A stretch of DNA of 64,000 nt, taken from the IMG/VR virus record IMGVR_UViG_3300045988_146577. The stretch is one strand, 5' to 3'. Both the position numbers and the translations under genes were made by a program. Of the stretch, positions 1 through 9,600 are shown piece by piece. Numbering within the stretch: position 1 is the stretch's first letter; each line of letters begins with the position of its first letter. The DNA comes from a virus. Taxonomy: Duplodnaviria > Heunggongvirae > Uroviricota > Caudoviricetes. The notes beneath the pieces are model-generated. The model worked only from the letters and a program-made list of their open reading frames with translations. It was not told the origin of the DNA and ran no database searches.

Positions 1-1042
1 TGTCCATTTCGTACTTTAGCCGCTCAACATAAACCCTGTTCTCAGAAGCAGGTGGTGTGTATCCAAACTCTTTTGTGGTAAGACGTTTACGCAGCCCTGC
101 AACAGCCAGTTTCATCAGCGTTGCAGGTTCGTCGTCTGCCATCTTGGGCAGTGCTGGTGGCAATTCATGCCAGCGCCATGTGCAGGCATCGATAATGGAG
201 TCCTGCGTTGTTGAGGCCATTGCAGCTGTTACCGGCACATCCATGCGAACGGAGAAGGCTTTAAGCGCCTCAAGGAGATGGCGACGACCATTGATGGCGT
301 TATCTCGCTGGTGGGGGATACGCAGACGATGCGGCTGGTCGATTTTTATGTTGTTCGTAACCATGTGCGCAATGTCTTTAATGTCTGCATCGTCGATCGA
401 TTCGTAATAAGCGGGATAGAACGCTACTGGCTCTATTTTCAGTGCGCTGGCTACTTTCATCGCTCGGACGTTAATCTGGTCGTAGAATGGGGTAGGGTGC
501 GGATAAACCACGCTATAGAAGTTGTCTTTCCCGCCCGCTGTAATCAGTGAGCTTATGATTTTTGCAAAATCGTTGCGTTGGAACACGCTACCGATGTCGG
601 AAGTGAGCAGGATGATGTTGCCTTTGGCATATGTAGAAACCAACTGTTCGAGCGAGAGACGCGGTACAAAGTAGAACTGTTCTCGTGTGTTGGCCACCGT
701 CATTAGTTCGCAGATGTCGCGATATCCTTGCTCATTTTTAATTAGAGCGGTAAACGAGTAGTTACGTCCCCGCTCTAATGATTCCATACATCTCATAGAT
801 TCTTTAGCAAGTTTAGCCCGGTGCTCGTATGTGGGATCATCAACGATATTTAGTTTCACACCACAAATAACCGCCATGTCGTCACCAGCGGCACGTTGTA
901 GTGGAATAACACTCGCAATATTCATGCTATCTGCTGAAATTACAGCGGTGTAGCCAGCTTCTCTGGCAATCTTCACCGCGTTTTCTGCTTTTAGAGCCGA
1001 CTCCCCAAGTGAGAAGTCAGTTCGAACCATCAGTGCTTTCAT
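1..1042 (-). CDS. DnaE-type DNA polymerase III alpha-like protein, N-terminal PHP-domain part (partial; continues past left edge)
   Basis: Hand translation from ATG at 1042 reads MKALMVRTDFSLGES...AVISADS...GVKLNIV... with no stop seen down to position 1; pattern resembles the PHP domain at the N-terminus of DnaE. Absent from ORF track, presumably because it runs off the window. Confidence 0.45.
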   Translation of the reverse strand, partial: MKALMVRTDFSLGESALKAENAVKIAREAGYTAVISADSMNIASVIPLQRAAGDDMAVICGVKLNIVDDPTYEHRAKLAKESMRCMESLERGRNYSFTALIKNEQGYRDICELMTVANTREQFYFVPRLSLEQLVSTYAKGNIILLTSDIGSVFQRNDFAKIISSLITAGGKDNFYSVVYPHPTPFYDQINVRAMKVASALKIEPVAFYPAYYESIDDADIKDIAHMVTNNIKIDQPHRLRIPHQRDNAINGRRHLLEALKAFSVRMDVPVTAAMASTTQDSIIDACTWRWHELPPALPKMADDEPATLMKLAVAGLRKRLTTKEFGYTPPASENRVYVERLKYEMD

Positions 1043-1222
1043 GTGTTTTTACCTTTATGGTTTTTTTGATTTTGTCATTGGGGAAGCCTACGAACTTCCC
1101 ATACATCGAAATCGCAACTTCTTTTGCTGATTGGTGACAATCGGGCTTGTCTGGACATACCAGACAAGCCTTACCAGTTTCAGAAGCAGCGATAAGAGAG
1201 CCGAAACATCCTTTACGCACGA

Positions 1223-2458
1223 TCAACCAAATATTTTTTGAACAACTTCACGAGCCGCTTGTGCAGAAGCTGAAGGGAGTTTGTTAATGAAAGAACGCTC
1301 AATACCTGTCACAAAGTCGCCTCGCATCATTCCAATCTTGGCCGACAACAAAAGTTCACGAGGGCCAATTGGCTGACTGATAAGGTGTTCTTCGTATCCA
1401 TCGCGAACGATACCGGCAAACTTAACCATCTTTTCTGCGTATTCATCCACGATACCGGCATTTATCAACATGTTGATCTCTGCCTCTTTGCTCATGTATT
1501 TCACATTCGAAACGATGCCAAAACGCGAAAAGTTCGCGGCGTTCTGGATGTTTGTACCCTGGTACAAGCCGGTTTCATCACCAGATCCGTTCGTGTTGCC
1601 AGTGCCAATGAAAGCAAACCGTTCATGCGGAGTAATGCGACGCCATTCTGGAGTCGCCTCTTTGATGACTAACGCTTCACCTTCCAGCACTGGCTGATAC
1701 ACGCCAAGAATTTGTGGAAACGCAAAGTCGTATTCATCCGCGAGGTAAACCCAGCCATGCTTCATTGCGAGCGCAAGCAAGCCAGGCTCGAAATACGTAG
1801 AGCCATCACGCGCCAGAATTTGCCCCGTAACATGTGCCTCTTCCATTGATGCTGTATGTTGGGCACGGATCAACGGACGATTGAGCAAAGCACATAGTTG
1901 TGTAGGCAATGACGATTTGCCTGTTCCTGCATGACCCCACAAATAGCCAGGTATGCCAAGTTCAAGCATCATGAAAATGTCTTTGATCAGTTCGAAGTCG
2001 CCATATACGTAGCCCTTCTTCACTTCTGGAACGAACTCTGGAAACGGCGTATTGACGTTGACGCTAACCATGAGCGGCGTCCCACGTTTTGTTCCGAGTT
2101 CTTTCACCGTTACATTTAGCAGTTCGTGAGCTGCGACCAGATCTGTCTTGTACTCAACTGTGCCTGTGTAGCCTGGGCTACTGGTCACGCCAGATGATTT
2201 GGCCATTTCGCTTTTTTGCTCGGCACGTTTAGCTTGAATTGCATCAAGTGCCTTTTTCGATAGCGTTGGCTCATCTGGAAACTGTGTTGTGTACATTTTC
2301 AGTACGGTGTCAGGATCGGCATCTTTTACTGACTCAGGAATGCCCTCGCAATTACCATTGGCAACATGGGACTTAAAATAGTGAAATGATTTTCCGCACC
2401 ACTTGCAAACAAGGTAATCAGAAGGATTTTTTTCATTTTGCAGTGCAGTAGTAGTCAT
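1223..2458 (-). CDS. AAA+ ATPase (MoxR/CobS-like) with N-terminal Cys-rich motif
   Basis: Walker A GHAGTGKSS, Walker B-like VYLADEYD, N-terminal CKWCGKSFHYF...C motif; 411 aa ORF. Confidence 0.75.
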   Translation of the reverse strand: MTTTALQNEKNPSDYLVCKWCGKSFHYFKSHVANGNCEGIPESVKDADPDTVLKMYTTQFPDEPTLSKKALDAIQAKRAEQKSEMAKSSGVTSSPGYTGTVEYKTDLVAAHELLNVTVKELGTKRGTPLMVSVNVNTPFPEFVPEVKKGYVYGDFELIKDIFMMLELGIPGYLWGHAGTGKSSLPTQLCALLNRPLIRAQHTASMEEAHVTGQILARDGSTYFEPGLLALAMKHGWVYLADEYDFAFPQILGVYQPVLEGEALVIKEATPEWRRITPHERFAFIGTGNTNGSGDETGLYQGTNIQNAANFSRFGIVSNVKYMSKEAEINMLINAGIVDEYAEKMVKFAGIVRDGYEEHLISQPIGPRELLLSAKIGMMRGDFVTGIERSFINKLPSASAQAAREVVQKIFG

Positions 2459-2553
2459 GCGTTTTTCCTTTGTTTTCTAATGAGCGTTCAACTTCTTATA
2501 TAAATATATCATTATCTATCGTAAGTGGTTACTTATCGTTAAGGCTGTTTTGT

Positions 2554-4662
2554 TCACTTTAAAATGATACGAGATAGTTCAGTAACTACAGATGAACCAA
2601 GACTATCAACGCTCGTTACCAGGGCATGATTTGCGTAAAATCTCTCCGGTGCATCAGTCATGATGCCAATTGCCATCAAATCAATGTCAGTCTGCGTTTC
2701 AATTTGCTTCGCAACCGAACGCAAATGAGCGTCAAAACCTCTCCCAACAGCCCACGGCTCGCCATCGCTCAGAACAAGCATGATCTTCCTGTCCTCCATG
2801 CGACCGGAAAATAACGATGCAAGGCTGGCTATGCTTTCACCATCCACGTTATTAAGAAGTGGGAATGTGTAGCCTACGCACCCCATACGTGAGCGAACTT
2901 CGCGAGAATTTGCTTTTTCATTCCAATTTTTGATGATAGGTAGCATTAAAGATTCAAAGCGAGAGAACTCATATTTGATAGCCTTAAGTTCTCCTGCTGC
3001 CATATGACTGCCAAATGTAGTGAAGCCGGTGATAATGTTGGGAACATTTATTCGATCAAGTGCATCGGCGATGGTATATGCACTTGCAAGAGCTAGTTTT
3101 ATCGTTTCGCCACTCATTGAACCCGATAAATCAATCACTTGTTGAACACAGGCGTTAACGGCTTTAGATTCTTCTTTTTTACGAAACACGCGATCATCAT
3201 TCATTGTTAATCTGTAGATACTTGAACCATGAATGCGCCCCCGACGCTGGCCAGGTATAAACTGAACTCTGTTTCTGCTTGCTATTGCACGTTCCAGGTC
3301 TTTTGCCAGCGTCGACGAAACACCTGACGAAAGGTGCTTTTCAATATATTTGTCGAAGAGTTGGTTGCCTTCAGGAACGATGCGATAACGGCTGATTGGA
3401 TATCCACCTAAATCAATATCGGAGAATGTTTTAATAAGCCGTTTGATATGGGCTTCTGCCTGATCAATCGAGCCGATGAAGTCGTATGAGCGATTGTATG
3501 GCCTGTATTCGCTTTTCGAGCTTTCTGTTAACTCGCTTTTAATCGTTTCGGATAGCGCATCTTCTGTCATGCCTCCGACTTCATCTTCCATGCTATCCAA
3601 CTCCTCTAAAGCCTCTTCCAGACTCATTTTTGACGGAGTTGGAATGTCTGAAGAGCCGTCTTCTGTCGTTTTTCTTTTTTCGTGGTCAGCGGTTAATGAT
3701 TCTGACGCCGCGTTATCAGAAGCATCAGAATCTGATACCGCTTTATCATTTTCTGTATCATCGAATATTGTTTCTGATGATTCAGGATTATCTGAATCAT
3801 CACTGTCGTTATTATCATGTTTGTGCTTACTATGTGACTCTGATTTAATAGATTTGTGATTATCTAACGATGAGGGTGTCTCATGATCTTCGTTGTCTTC
3901 ATTGTTTTCTCCAGAGGCATCCGTCTGGTCAGCGTCTGAAGGATCGGAAGTTTTTCCCGGAGCTGACTCCTTACCTTTGCTTTCACTTTCAGTGTCTTTG
4001 AGGATCTTAGCTATGGTCGCAGCCACCTTTACACAATCCTCGGTGCAAGACATGTTACGCACGGCCACATCGATACCATGTTCTTTTAATAATGAAATTG
4101 GTTTCTCAATGACAGGCCAATATTCATCCATGAAATCTACGAACGGTGCTTGGCCATCCCAGGCTCTTACAACCGGACAGAGAAAGAAGTTTAGAAAAAG
4201 CGCGCGCTGATCTTTGCCACAATAAGCAATAGCCTCTGAAGCCTTTGGTTTAAAGACTTTTTCGATTATAAGGCGCTGAGTTGCCATCAGATTACGTCTT
4301 GTTCCGTTAAAGACCTGACCCATTTTTCGCTCGATGAACACGTCTTCTAAGGCATTCCATAGCGACCAGGAAGGAACGCGTCCTTTTTCTCTCATTTTGT
4401 TGGACACACGAATATCGGTAAACAAAATGTGAGCAACCTCATGATCGAGAAATCCGCGCACAGCATTCATCAATGCCGGTGTTGCGTTATCCGGGATTGA
4501 TGGGATGTTTACGAGAATTGGCTCTCCATCATCGTTATAGCGTACATAAGCGTCGTCCCCTCGTTCTGCAACAGGGATGTTTTTACCTGAAAGGAGAGCG
4601 ACTACTCGTTTTACACTGTCACGGAAGTCCTGAACCTCTTTGATGGAACGTTTTTTAGACAT
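2554..4662 (-). CDS. von Willebrand factor A (vWA) domain protein with long acidic Ser/Asp/Glu-rich central region (CobT-like)
   Basis: C-terminal MIDAS-like motif VIDLSGSMSG; strongly acidic low-complexity middle; directly upstream of the AAA+ gene on same strand. Confidence 0.75.
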   Translation of the reverse strand: MSKKRSIKEVQDFRDSVKRVVALLSGKNIPVAERGDDAYVRYNDDGEPILVNIPSIPDNATPALMNAVRGFLDHEVAHILFTDIRVSNKMREKGRVPSWSLWNALEDVFIERKMGQVFNGTRRNLMATQRLIIEKVFKPKASEAIAYCGKDQRALFLNFFLCPVVRAWDGQAPFVDFMDEYWPVIEKPISLLKEHGIDVAVRNMSCTEDCVKVAATIAKILKDTESESKGKESAPGKTSDPSDADQTDASGENNEDNEDHETPSSLDNHKSIKSESHSKHKHDNNDSDDSDNPESSETIFDDTENDKAVSDSDASDNAASESLTADHEKRKTTEDGSSDIPTPSKMSLEEALEELDSMEDEVGGMTEDALSETIKSELTESSKSEYRPYNRSYDFIGSIDQAEAHIKRLIKTFSDIDLGGYPISRYRIVPEGNQLFDKYIEKHLSSGVSSTLAKDLERAIASRNRVQFIPGQRRGRIHGSSIYRLTMNDDRVFRKKEESKAVNACVQQVIDLSGSMSGETIKLALASAYTIADALDRINVPNIITGFTTFGSHMAAGELKAIKYEFSRFESLMLPIIKNWNEKANSREVRSRMGCVGYTFPLLNNVDGESIASLASLFSGRMEDRKIMLVLSDGEPWAVGRGFDAHLRSVAKQIETQTDIDLMAIGIMTDAPERFYANHALVTSVDSLGSSVVTELSRIILK

Positions 4663-4760
4663 GGCTAATCCTTTGTTATGAAAACAAATTATTTACTAGT
4701 GTGTTTAATGTAGCACTGCGCGAACAGGGAACTAAGCCATTCGCGCAGGGAGAAGAGGGG

Positions 4761-4973
4761 TTAACAGATTCTGACGGCTAAAGACCCGGAGCCGGTATTG
4801 AGAAGCGTGAAGCGTTTGTTGTTAAGTTCGAATATAAATCCAGTTGTGTCATTCACACCAACCTGAATCTGCTCATTCGGTAGATCGGTGAGGATGTCAG
4901 CTACACACTCATCAACTAATTTCTGTACGTGTCCGATCTCAAGAGCGATTAGGCTGGAAATAGTGGTGTTCAT
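4761..4973 (-). CDS. hypothetical small protein
   Basis: 70 aa ORF, no recognisable motif. Confidence 0.3.
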   Translation of the reverse strand: MNTTISSLIALEIGHVQKLVDECVADILTDLPNEQIQVGVNDTTGFIFELNNKRFTLLNTGSGSLAVRIC

Positions 4974-5224
4974 TCAATCAATCCATTCTAACTTATACTA
5001 TGGTAAGGAATACTACTAAAATTTATATCAATACTGAATACATTCATATCATATGCAAGTTGATTTTCTTACCTGTTTTGGGCTAATTTTTCTCCGTGCA
5101 ATGGCCTTTAACCGGTCTTTTAAGTGCCTATCGAAAAAAATGATAATAGCTTTACAACCCTAACCTTTGATGTAATATCGGTAAGCACTTACCAGAGAGA
5201 ATTGAACGCGCAAAGGTTGTAACC

Positions 5225-5611
5225 ATGTCTGATAACAAGATTGAATTTATAGAAAGTCGCTACGCTGCTTTTATCGCAGGGTTGATTGAATCCTCACCTA
5301 TGAGCCAGGCCCAGATAGCCAAAACAATTGGGTATAAAAACGCCAACAACCTTTCTTTAATTAAAAGCGGCAAAATTCCTTTGCCTATCGATAAGGTTCG
5401 TCCGCTGGCGCTGGCACTGGGCATTGAGCCAAGTCGTCTTATGATGATGGTGCTGGAAGAACGCCAACCCGAACTCGCAGCATTTTTATACAAAGAAGGC
5501 ACTGCTCCTCTTAACGAGGACGAAAAACAGGTTCTTGCTGCATATAACGAGCGATTCGGTAAAGAGAAAGGCGCATCACAAAAGGTTGTTGAGGCCATAA
5601 AGTCTCTATGA
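5225..5611 (+). CDS. HTH DNA-binding regulator (XRE-like), candidate repressor
   Basis: 128 aa; helix-turn-helix-like segment SQAQIAKTIGYKNANNLSLIKSGK; palindrome GGTAAGCACTTACC about 35 nt upstream. Confidence 0.55.
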   Translation: MSDNKIEFIESRYAAFIAGLIESSPMSQAQIAKTIGYKNANNLSLIKSGKIPLPIDKVRPLALALGIEPSRLMMMVLEERQPELAAFLYKEGTAPLNEDEKQVLAAYNERFGKEKGASQKVVEAIKSL

Positions 5612-6709
5612 AAAATTTACACGAATAAGCTCTGTTGATAGACGATCTCCCTTAAATTTGTGGTCAATTTCGTCTAAATCCGGTTGCTCTACGATTGATG
5701 CGATGTACGTCGAGAAACTTTCTAAGGCGTCTCGCATCTCGTCCATATAATCGTGCCGGTCGTAGACCCGATCTATCCCCTCAAGACTGTGGTTCATGAT
5801 TTTACGTGATACCTCCTGGCTTATGCCTAATGCTGGGAAGTAACTACGCGCAGTACGGCGCAAATCTCGGGGTGTAAATGGCTCAAGCTCCATCAGTTCT
5901 GGTCGTTCCAGAATACGACGTAATGCCTGGGCTATTGCCACTTTAGACATAGGAAGGTCTTTCCCGATTTTTTTATTCGAAGGCACGAGCCACTGGCTGT
6001 CTTTACCATATTCGAACAACTCTTCAATACAAGTGCGCATTAATGAGCTTAAAGGCAGAGAATGCTCACGGGCAGATTTGTTCCTCTTGCCTTGATTCCA
6101 AACCCCACGCTTAAGATTGAACTCACTTTTTTTAGCCCGCAGTACTTCGTCAGGTCGTCTTGCGGATACAAGACATAGCCTGGCCGCCCATTTTGTACCA
6201 GCACACACATTGAAGTAGTCCCATATATTCCAGAACACCCATACCTCTGCGTCAGTCAGCTTCCGCTCGCGGGGCGTGGGCTTTGCGCCACCGGCAACTT
6301 TGTTAAGTGACATATCGTTTAACGGTGACACGTCTATCATCCCCTGGAAGGCGCACCAGCTAAGGAACTGCTTCATCAGAGAGAAAACGCGGCGGCCCAT
6401 AACAATTTTGCCATCCAGTATTAGTGGGTTGACCAGTTGGTTCACCATGAACCTATTAATATCACTTACTTTTACATCGGCAATGTGCGGAAAAACATGT
6501 ATCAAAATACAATGAACAGCGATCTCTGGCCGACGTCTGGTTATGAGCAGAGATAAGCGAGTGAATAACATGAATGCGTCCGAGAATCTCATGTCATTGC
6601 TGACCTGGGAGATCATAACGGCCTGCATTTGAGATGCTCTTTCGAGATACTCTATCGCCTCTTTTGAGGTGTTCTCCGCAGCGCGTGCTCTGTCAAAGCT
6701 ATTTTTCAT
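5606..6709 (-). CDS. int: tyrosine recombinase / phage integrase
   Basis: 367 aa; C-terminal catalytic region with RDLRRTARS...HSLEGIDRVYDRHDY (R..H..R..Y pattern). Confidence 0.85.
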   Translation of the reverse strand: MKNSFDRARAAENTSKEAIEYLERASQMQAVMISQVSNDMRFSDAFMLFTRLSLLITRRRPEIAVHCILIHVFPHIADVKVSDINRFMVNQLVNPLILDGKIVMGRRVFSLMKQFLSWCAFQGMIDVSPLNDMSLNKVAGGAKPTPRERKLTDAEVWVFWNIWDYFNVCAGTKWAARLCLVSARRPDEVLRAKKSEFNLKRGVWNQGKRNKSAREHSLPLSSLMRTCIEELFEYGKDSQWLVPSNKKIGKDLPMSKVAIAQALRRILERPELMELEPFTPRDLRRTARSYFPALGISQEVSRKIMNHSLEGIDRVYDRHDYMDEMRDALESFSTYIASIVEQPDLDEIDHKFKGDRLSTELIRVNFS

Positions 6710-6725
6710 ATGACAATCACCGAGT

Positions 6726-6745
6726 TACGCCGATGTACTGTATAA
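6726..6745. promoter_or_regulatory. LexA (SOS) box-like site upstream of integrase
   Basis: TACTGTATAAGTAAACAGTA fits CTGT-N8-ACAG; 17-36 nt upstream of int start. Confidence 0.45.
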
Positions 6746-6889
6746 GTAAACAGTATATTAGGCATAGATTCTTATAGGATCAAGAGTAAAAGTAACTCAT
6801 TTTTACTAATGATTCCATACATAGTAGGTATGGAATCATTTTGACGTTGTTTTTTGAATTTTAAGGGAAATGGGAGTGAGTTTGGTGGG

Positions 6890-6916
6890 AATAAAAACGG
6901 CTCCTGTGAGCCGTTA
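6890..6916 (-). terminator. rho-independent terminator after glutaredoxin gene
   Basis: Hairpin ACGGCTCCTGTGAGCCGT followed by U-run on minus strand. Confidence 0.55.
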
Positions 6917-6919
6917 AAA

Positions 6920-7165
6920 TCAGAGGGTGCTGACGTATGCAGCCAGTTCTGTGTATCCGCCAATCGGCTGGCCATCGATCAGCACCTGGGGGATAGTCTC
7001 TACCGGTTTACCAACAATTTCACTTAGTTTTTCCTTGTCGATACCGGCAGTGGTGATGTCGATGTACTCATAATCACCGTAGCCATGTCCCTTTAGTTGC
7101 TTCGCCAGCTCGACCGCACGTTTGCAGTATGAGCAGTTATCTCGTCCGTAGATAGTGATCGTCAT
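6920..7165 (-). CDS. glutaredoxin-like protein
   Basis: 81 aa; CSYC active-site motif near N-terminus, glutaredoxin-like length and layout. Confidence 0.75.
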   Translation of the reverse strand: MTITIYGRDNCSYCKRAVELAKQLKGHGYGDYEYIDITTAGIDKEKLSEIVGKPVETIPQVLIDGQPIGGYTELAAYVSTL

Positions 7166-7512
7166 TGCTTTGCCTCATGCCACTTTTGCTTCAGGAGATA
7201 GCCTTCCAGGGGCCAGATTTGATCGATAGCATCTTTTCGAGCGTACTCGCGACCAACATCAAAGTTGAAGATTTCTGGTCTTACGCACGCAGATTTTCCC
7301 GTTACGGTATATCCATTTTTGAGAACCATAACGCAGAACGTTAAGAGTTTTAACGACTCATGACCTTTGTCGATATCTGTTTTTGAATTGTAAACAGAGA
7401 TGAAGTTATCCCCGTGGCTGGCATCATATGCAGTGAAATAATGTTCACTTTGAATGAGTTGTTCAATGTGTTCAGGGGTGACTTTTAGTGGTGTGTTATC
7501 TTTGCTGGTCAT
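7162..7512 (-). CDS. hypothetical protein
   Basis: 116 aa ORF overlapping glutaredoxin start by 4 nt (coupled). Confidence 0.5.
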   Translation of the reverse strand: MTSKDNTPLKVTPEHIEQLIQSEHYFTAYDASHGDNFISVYNSKTDIDKGHESLKLLTFCVMVLKNGYTVTGKSACVRPEIFNFDVGREYARKDAIDQIWPLEGYLLKQKWHEAKQ

Positions 7513-7555
7513 TATTTCTTCCTACAAAGTTCGTAGACTTGACTCTTTCAGTTGC

Positions 7556-7585
7556 AAAAAAGGGGCCGAAGCCCCTTTGAATTTT
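7556..7585 (-). terminator. rho-independent terminator (possibly bidirectional) after tRNA cluster
   Basis: GGGGCCGAAGCCCC hairpin flanked by A6 on one side and TTTGAATTTT on the other. Confidence 0.6.
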
Positions 7586-7732
7586 GCGCTGAAAAAAGTG
7601 TTGCTAGGATGTTAGCAAGCTATGGTTAAGAACGTCTGCCGTAATTGTCTATCACAGCGTTGAGCGGTCTGGTTTATGTTAGCGGAGTCTTAATCTGGGT
7701 GATTAAAAGGCCAAACCGCTCAACGCTGTGTC

Positions 7733-7819
7733 TGGCGGAGAGTAATGGAATCGAACCATCATCGCTTGCGCAATGGGACGGTTTTCAAGACCGCTTGAGC
7801 ACCATGCTCCCTACTCTCC
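7733..7819 (-). tRNA. tRNA-Ser (anticodon UGA), about 87 nt
   Basis: Acceptor stem GGAGAGT/ACTCTCC, discriminator G, encoded CCA, anticodon loop CUUGAAA, long variable arm; folded by eye. Confidence 0.6.
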
Positions 7820-8139
7820 AGCTATTGTGATGGTCGGTGCTGAACTCCGACACAGGGTTGTAGCAAGCCCCGCAAAGCGCGCACTACTGTAGTTGCGGCA
7901 CATCAGCCTGTGCATTCATCACAACGGTAAGATCACTACCTTTCGACCAGTCATTGTGCACATGAACGACGATTAACCGTAATGATCTTATCGTTGTGTT
8001 GTGAAGCCAGATGCTTATCTTCTGGTTGCTTCAAAGAGCTGCACTTCCTCACAACGGTAAGAGCACTGGTCTGACTCTATCGATTTACGGGCTTGTGGGT
8101 CAGTATCGCCGATTCGCCCAATGCTCTTACCTGTTGTGT

Positions 8140-8215
8140 TGGTGCCGGTTAACGGGATCGAACCGCTGACATCCTGCTTACAAGGCAGACGCTCTACCAA
8201 CTGAGCTAAACCGGC
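8140..8215 (-). tRNA. tRNA-Thr (anticodon UGU)
   Basis: Acceptor GCCGGTT/AACCGGC, anticodon loop CUUGUAA, T-loop GGTTCGATCC, encoded CCA. Confidence 0.65.
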
Positions 8216-8219
8216 AATT

Positions 8220-8306
8220 TGGTGGGGAGTGATGGAGTCGAACCACCCGAGTCGCAATGACAGTAGATTTACAGTCTACCCCGCTGCCCCTACGGACTAA
8301 CTCCCC
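8220..8306 (-). tRNA. tRNA-Tyr (anticodon GUA)
   Basis: Acceptor GGGGAGT/ACTCCCC, anticodon stem-loop GTAGA-CUGUAAA-TCTAC, T-loop GGTTCGACTCC, long variable arm, CCA. Confidence 0.65.
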
Positions 8307-8311
8307 TAAAT

Positions 8312-8386
8312 TGGCGATGGTGGGTGGATTCGAACCACCGACCAGTTGGTTAACAGCCAACTGCTCTACCGCTGAGCTACACCATC
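8312..8386 (-). tRNA. tRNA-Asn (anticodon GUU)
   Basis: Acceptor GATGGTG/CACCATC, anticodon stem-loop GTTGG-CUGUUAA-CCAAC, T-loop GGTTCGAATCC, CCA. Confidence 0.65.
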
Positions 8387-9164
8387 AATTCAGCACTGCC
8401 AGTATTTATTACTCAACAGTGCCAATCGCGACGGTTTAGTTTCTGCCAGGAAACGCACCGCTACTTGCACTTTTCGTTAGTGCCAGACGCTTTCGACTTC
8501 GCTCAATAGTAGAAGGCAAAATCTTTAAGTAGATGATGTTTCTGAGGACAGCACCTACTTTGTAATTTATACAATGTGATGTATGGAATCATTTGTTGTG
8601 AAAACAGGCACCAATGGCAACAGTGGTTAAACCTACACAACAATCCTGTCTTCACAACGTTGAGGCCACTACTCCGATTGAATGTTTGCCCAACATGTTA
8701 CATATCAACGCTCGCCGGTATCTCTGTGAATAGAACCTTAGAATTGATAAAAATGTAATGGCCTCAACGTTGTGTGCTGGCTAACCATACCAGCCGGGCT
8801 ACGTCGCCGCTTTTTAACCCAGTATAAACGACATAATTGAACAAAATGACGTAACAGGATGGGCGGTCAGTGGCTAAGAATCCGGGAGTCATATGGAGTT
8901 GAAAATATACCAACCACCCATTCTGTTACTTCATCGGAGGGAACATGAATGTTCCCTCCTGCGTTCTGCAATCACACTCGCTCAGTGTGTCCCATTTCGG
9001 TAACGAGGCTGGAAACTGACCTCGCTGGTGTTTGGCTTATTAGGCTACTGCCAGATAGACTTCTTCGTTTGCACTTGTATTTAAGTTCAAACAGTCGCGT
9101 CTCAACGAAAACAAAGTCATCTTATACATAAAAGATAAGTAAGTAAATACTTATCACCATGTTT

Positions 9165-9455
9165 TTATTCGGTTGTGACTTTTTTGATCAAGGCCACTCT
9201 ACGACTAGGTGTTCTTGTGATGGTGGCAGTGAATCGTTTCGCCTGGATAGTAATGGTTTCGTTCTCCTTAAGTTGCCCGTAGCGAGTTTCCACCAGGGTG
9301 CCAAGACGCCACAGACCATCATCGATACGTTTATGACTAGCAAATTTAATCAGCAACAGTTTTACGACTAACTGACCTACGTAAAAGGCGAATGCGACTC
9401 CGGCCGCTAAGAAATAGGTGGCCAACCACCAGTCCCAAGAAGTTAAATTGCTCAT
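9165..9455 (-). CDS. hypothetical membrane protein
   Basis: 96 aa; N-terminal hydrophobic helix WWLATYFLAAGVAFAFYV. Confidence 0.45.
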   Translation of the reverse strand: MSNLTSWDWWLATYFLAAGVAFAFYVGQLVVKLLLIKFASHKRIDDGLWRLGTLVETRYGQLKENETITIQAKRFTATITRTPSRRVALIKKVTTE

Positions 9456-9600
9456 TTTCTAACCTTTGTTTCATGAACTACCCGATACACACGCTTTCCG
9501 ATGCACAGTGTTTTGGTTTTAAGTTCCTGCTTAATTAAATCACGACAGATGCCGAAGCCGATAAGGAAGCCACCCATAAAAGCTAATGAGATGTATGGAA

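Noticed and set aside
57-550. Plus-strand ORFs 57-407 and 278-550
   Set aside because: Antisense to the uninterrupted minus-strand polymerase-like frame that carries recognisable PHP-domain-like motifs.
1017-1226. 69-aa ORF with a Cys-rich segment between the AAA+ gene and the polymerase-like gene
   Set aside because: It overlaps the start of the polymerase-like frame and the stop of the AAA+ gene in other frames; too uncertain to call, though a small zinc-ribbon protein is not excluded.
7733-8386. tRNA cluster as the chromosomal integration site (att)
   Set aside because: Four different tRNAs packed with 4-5 nt spacers and phage-like genes on both sides look phage-encoded rather than a host tRNA target; the only clear host gene is metG at the right end.
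8015-8439. ORFs 8015-8257, 8178-8360 and 8257-8439
   Set aside because: They overlap the tRNA-Thr, tRNA-Tyr and tRNA-Asn genes; the open frames are artefacts of structured RNA sequence.
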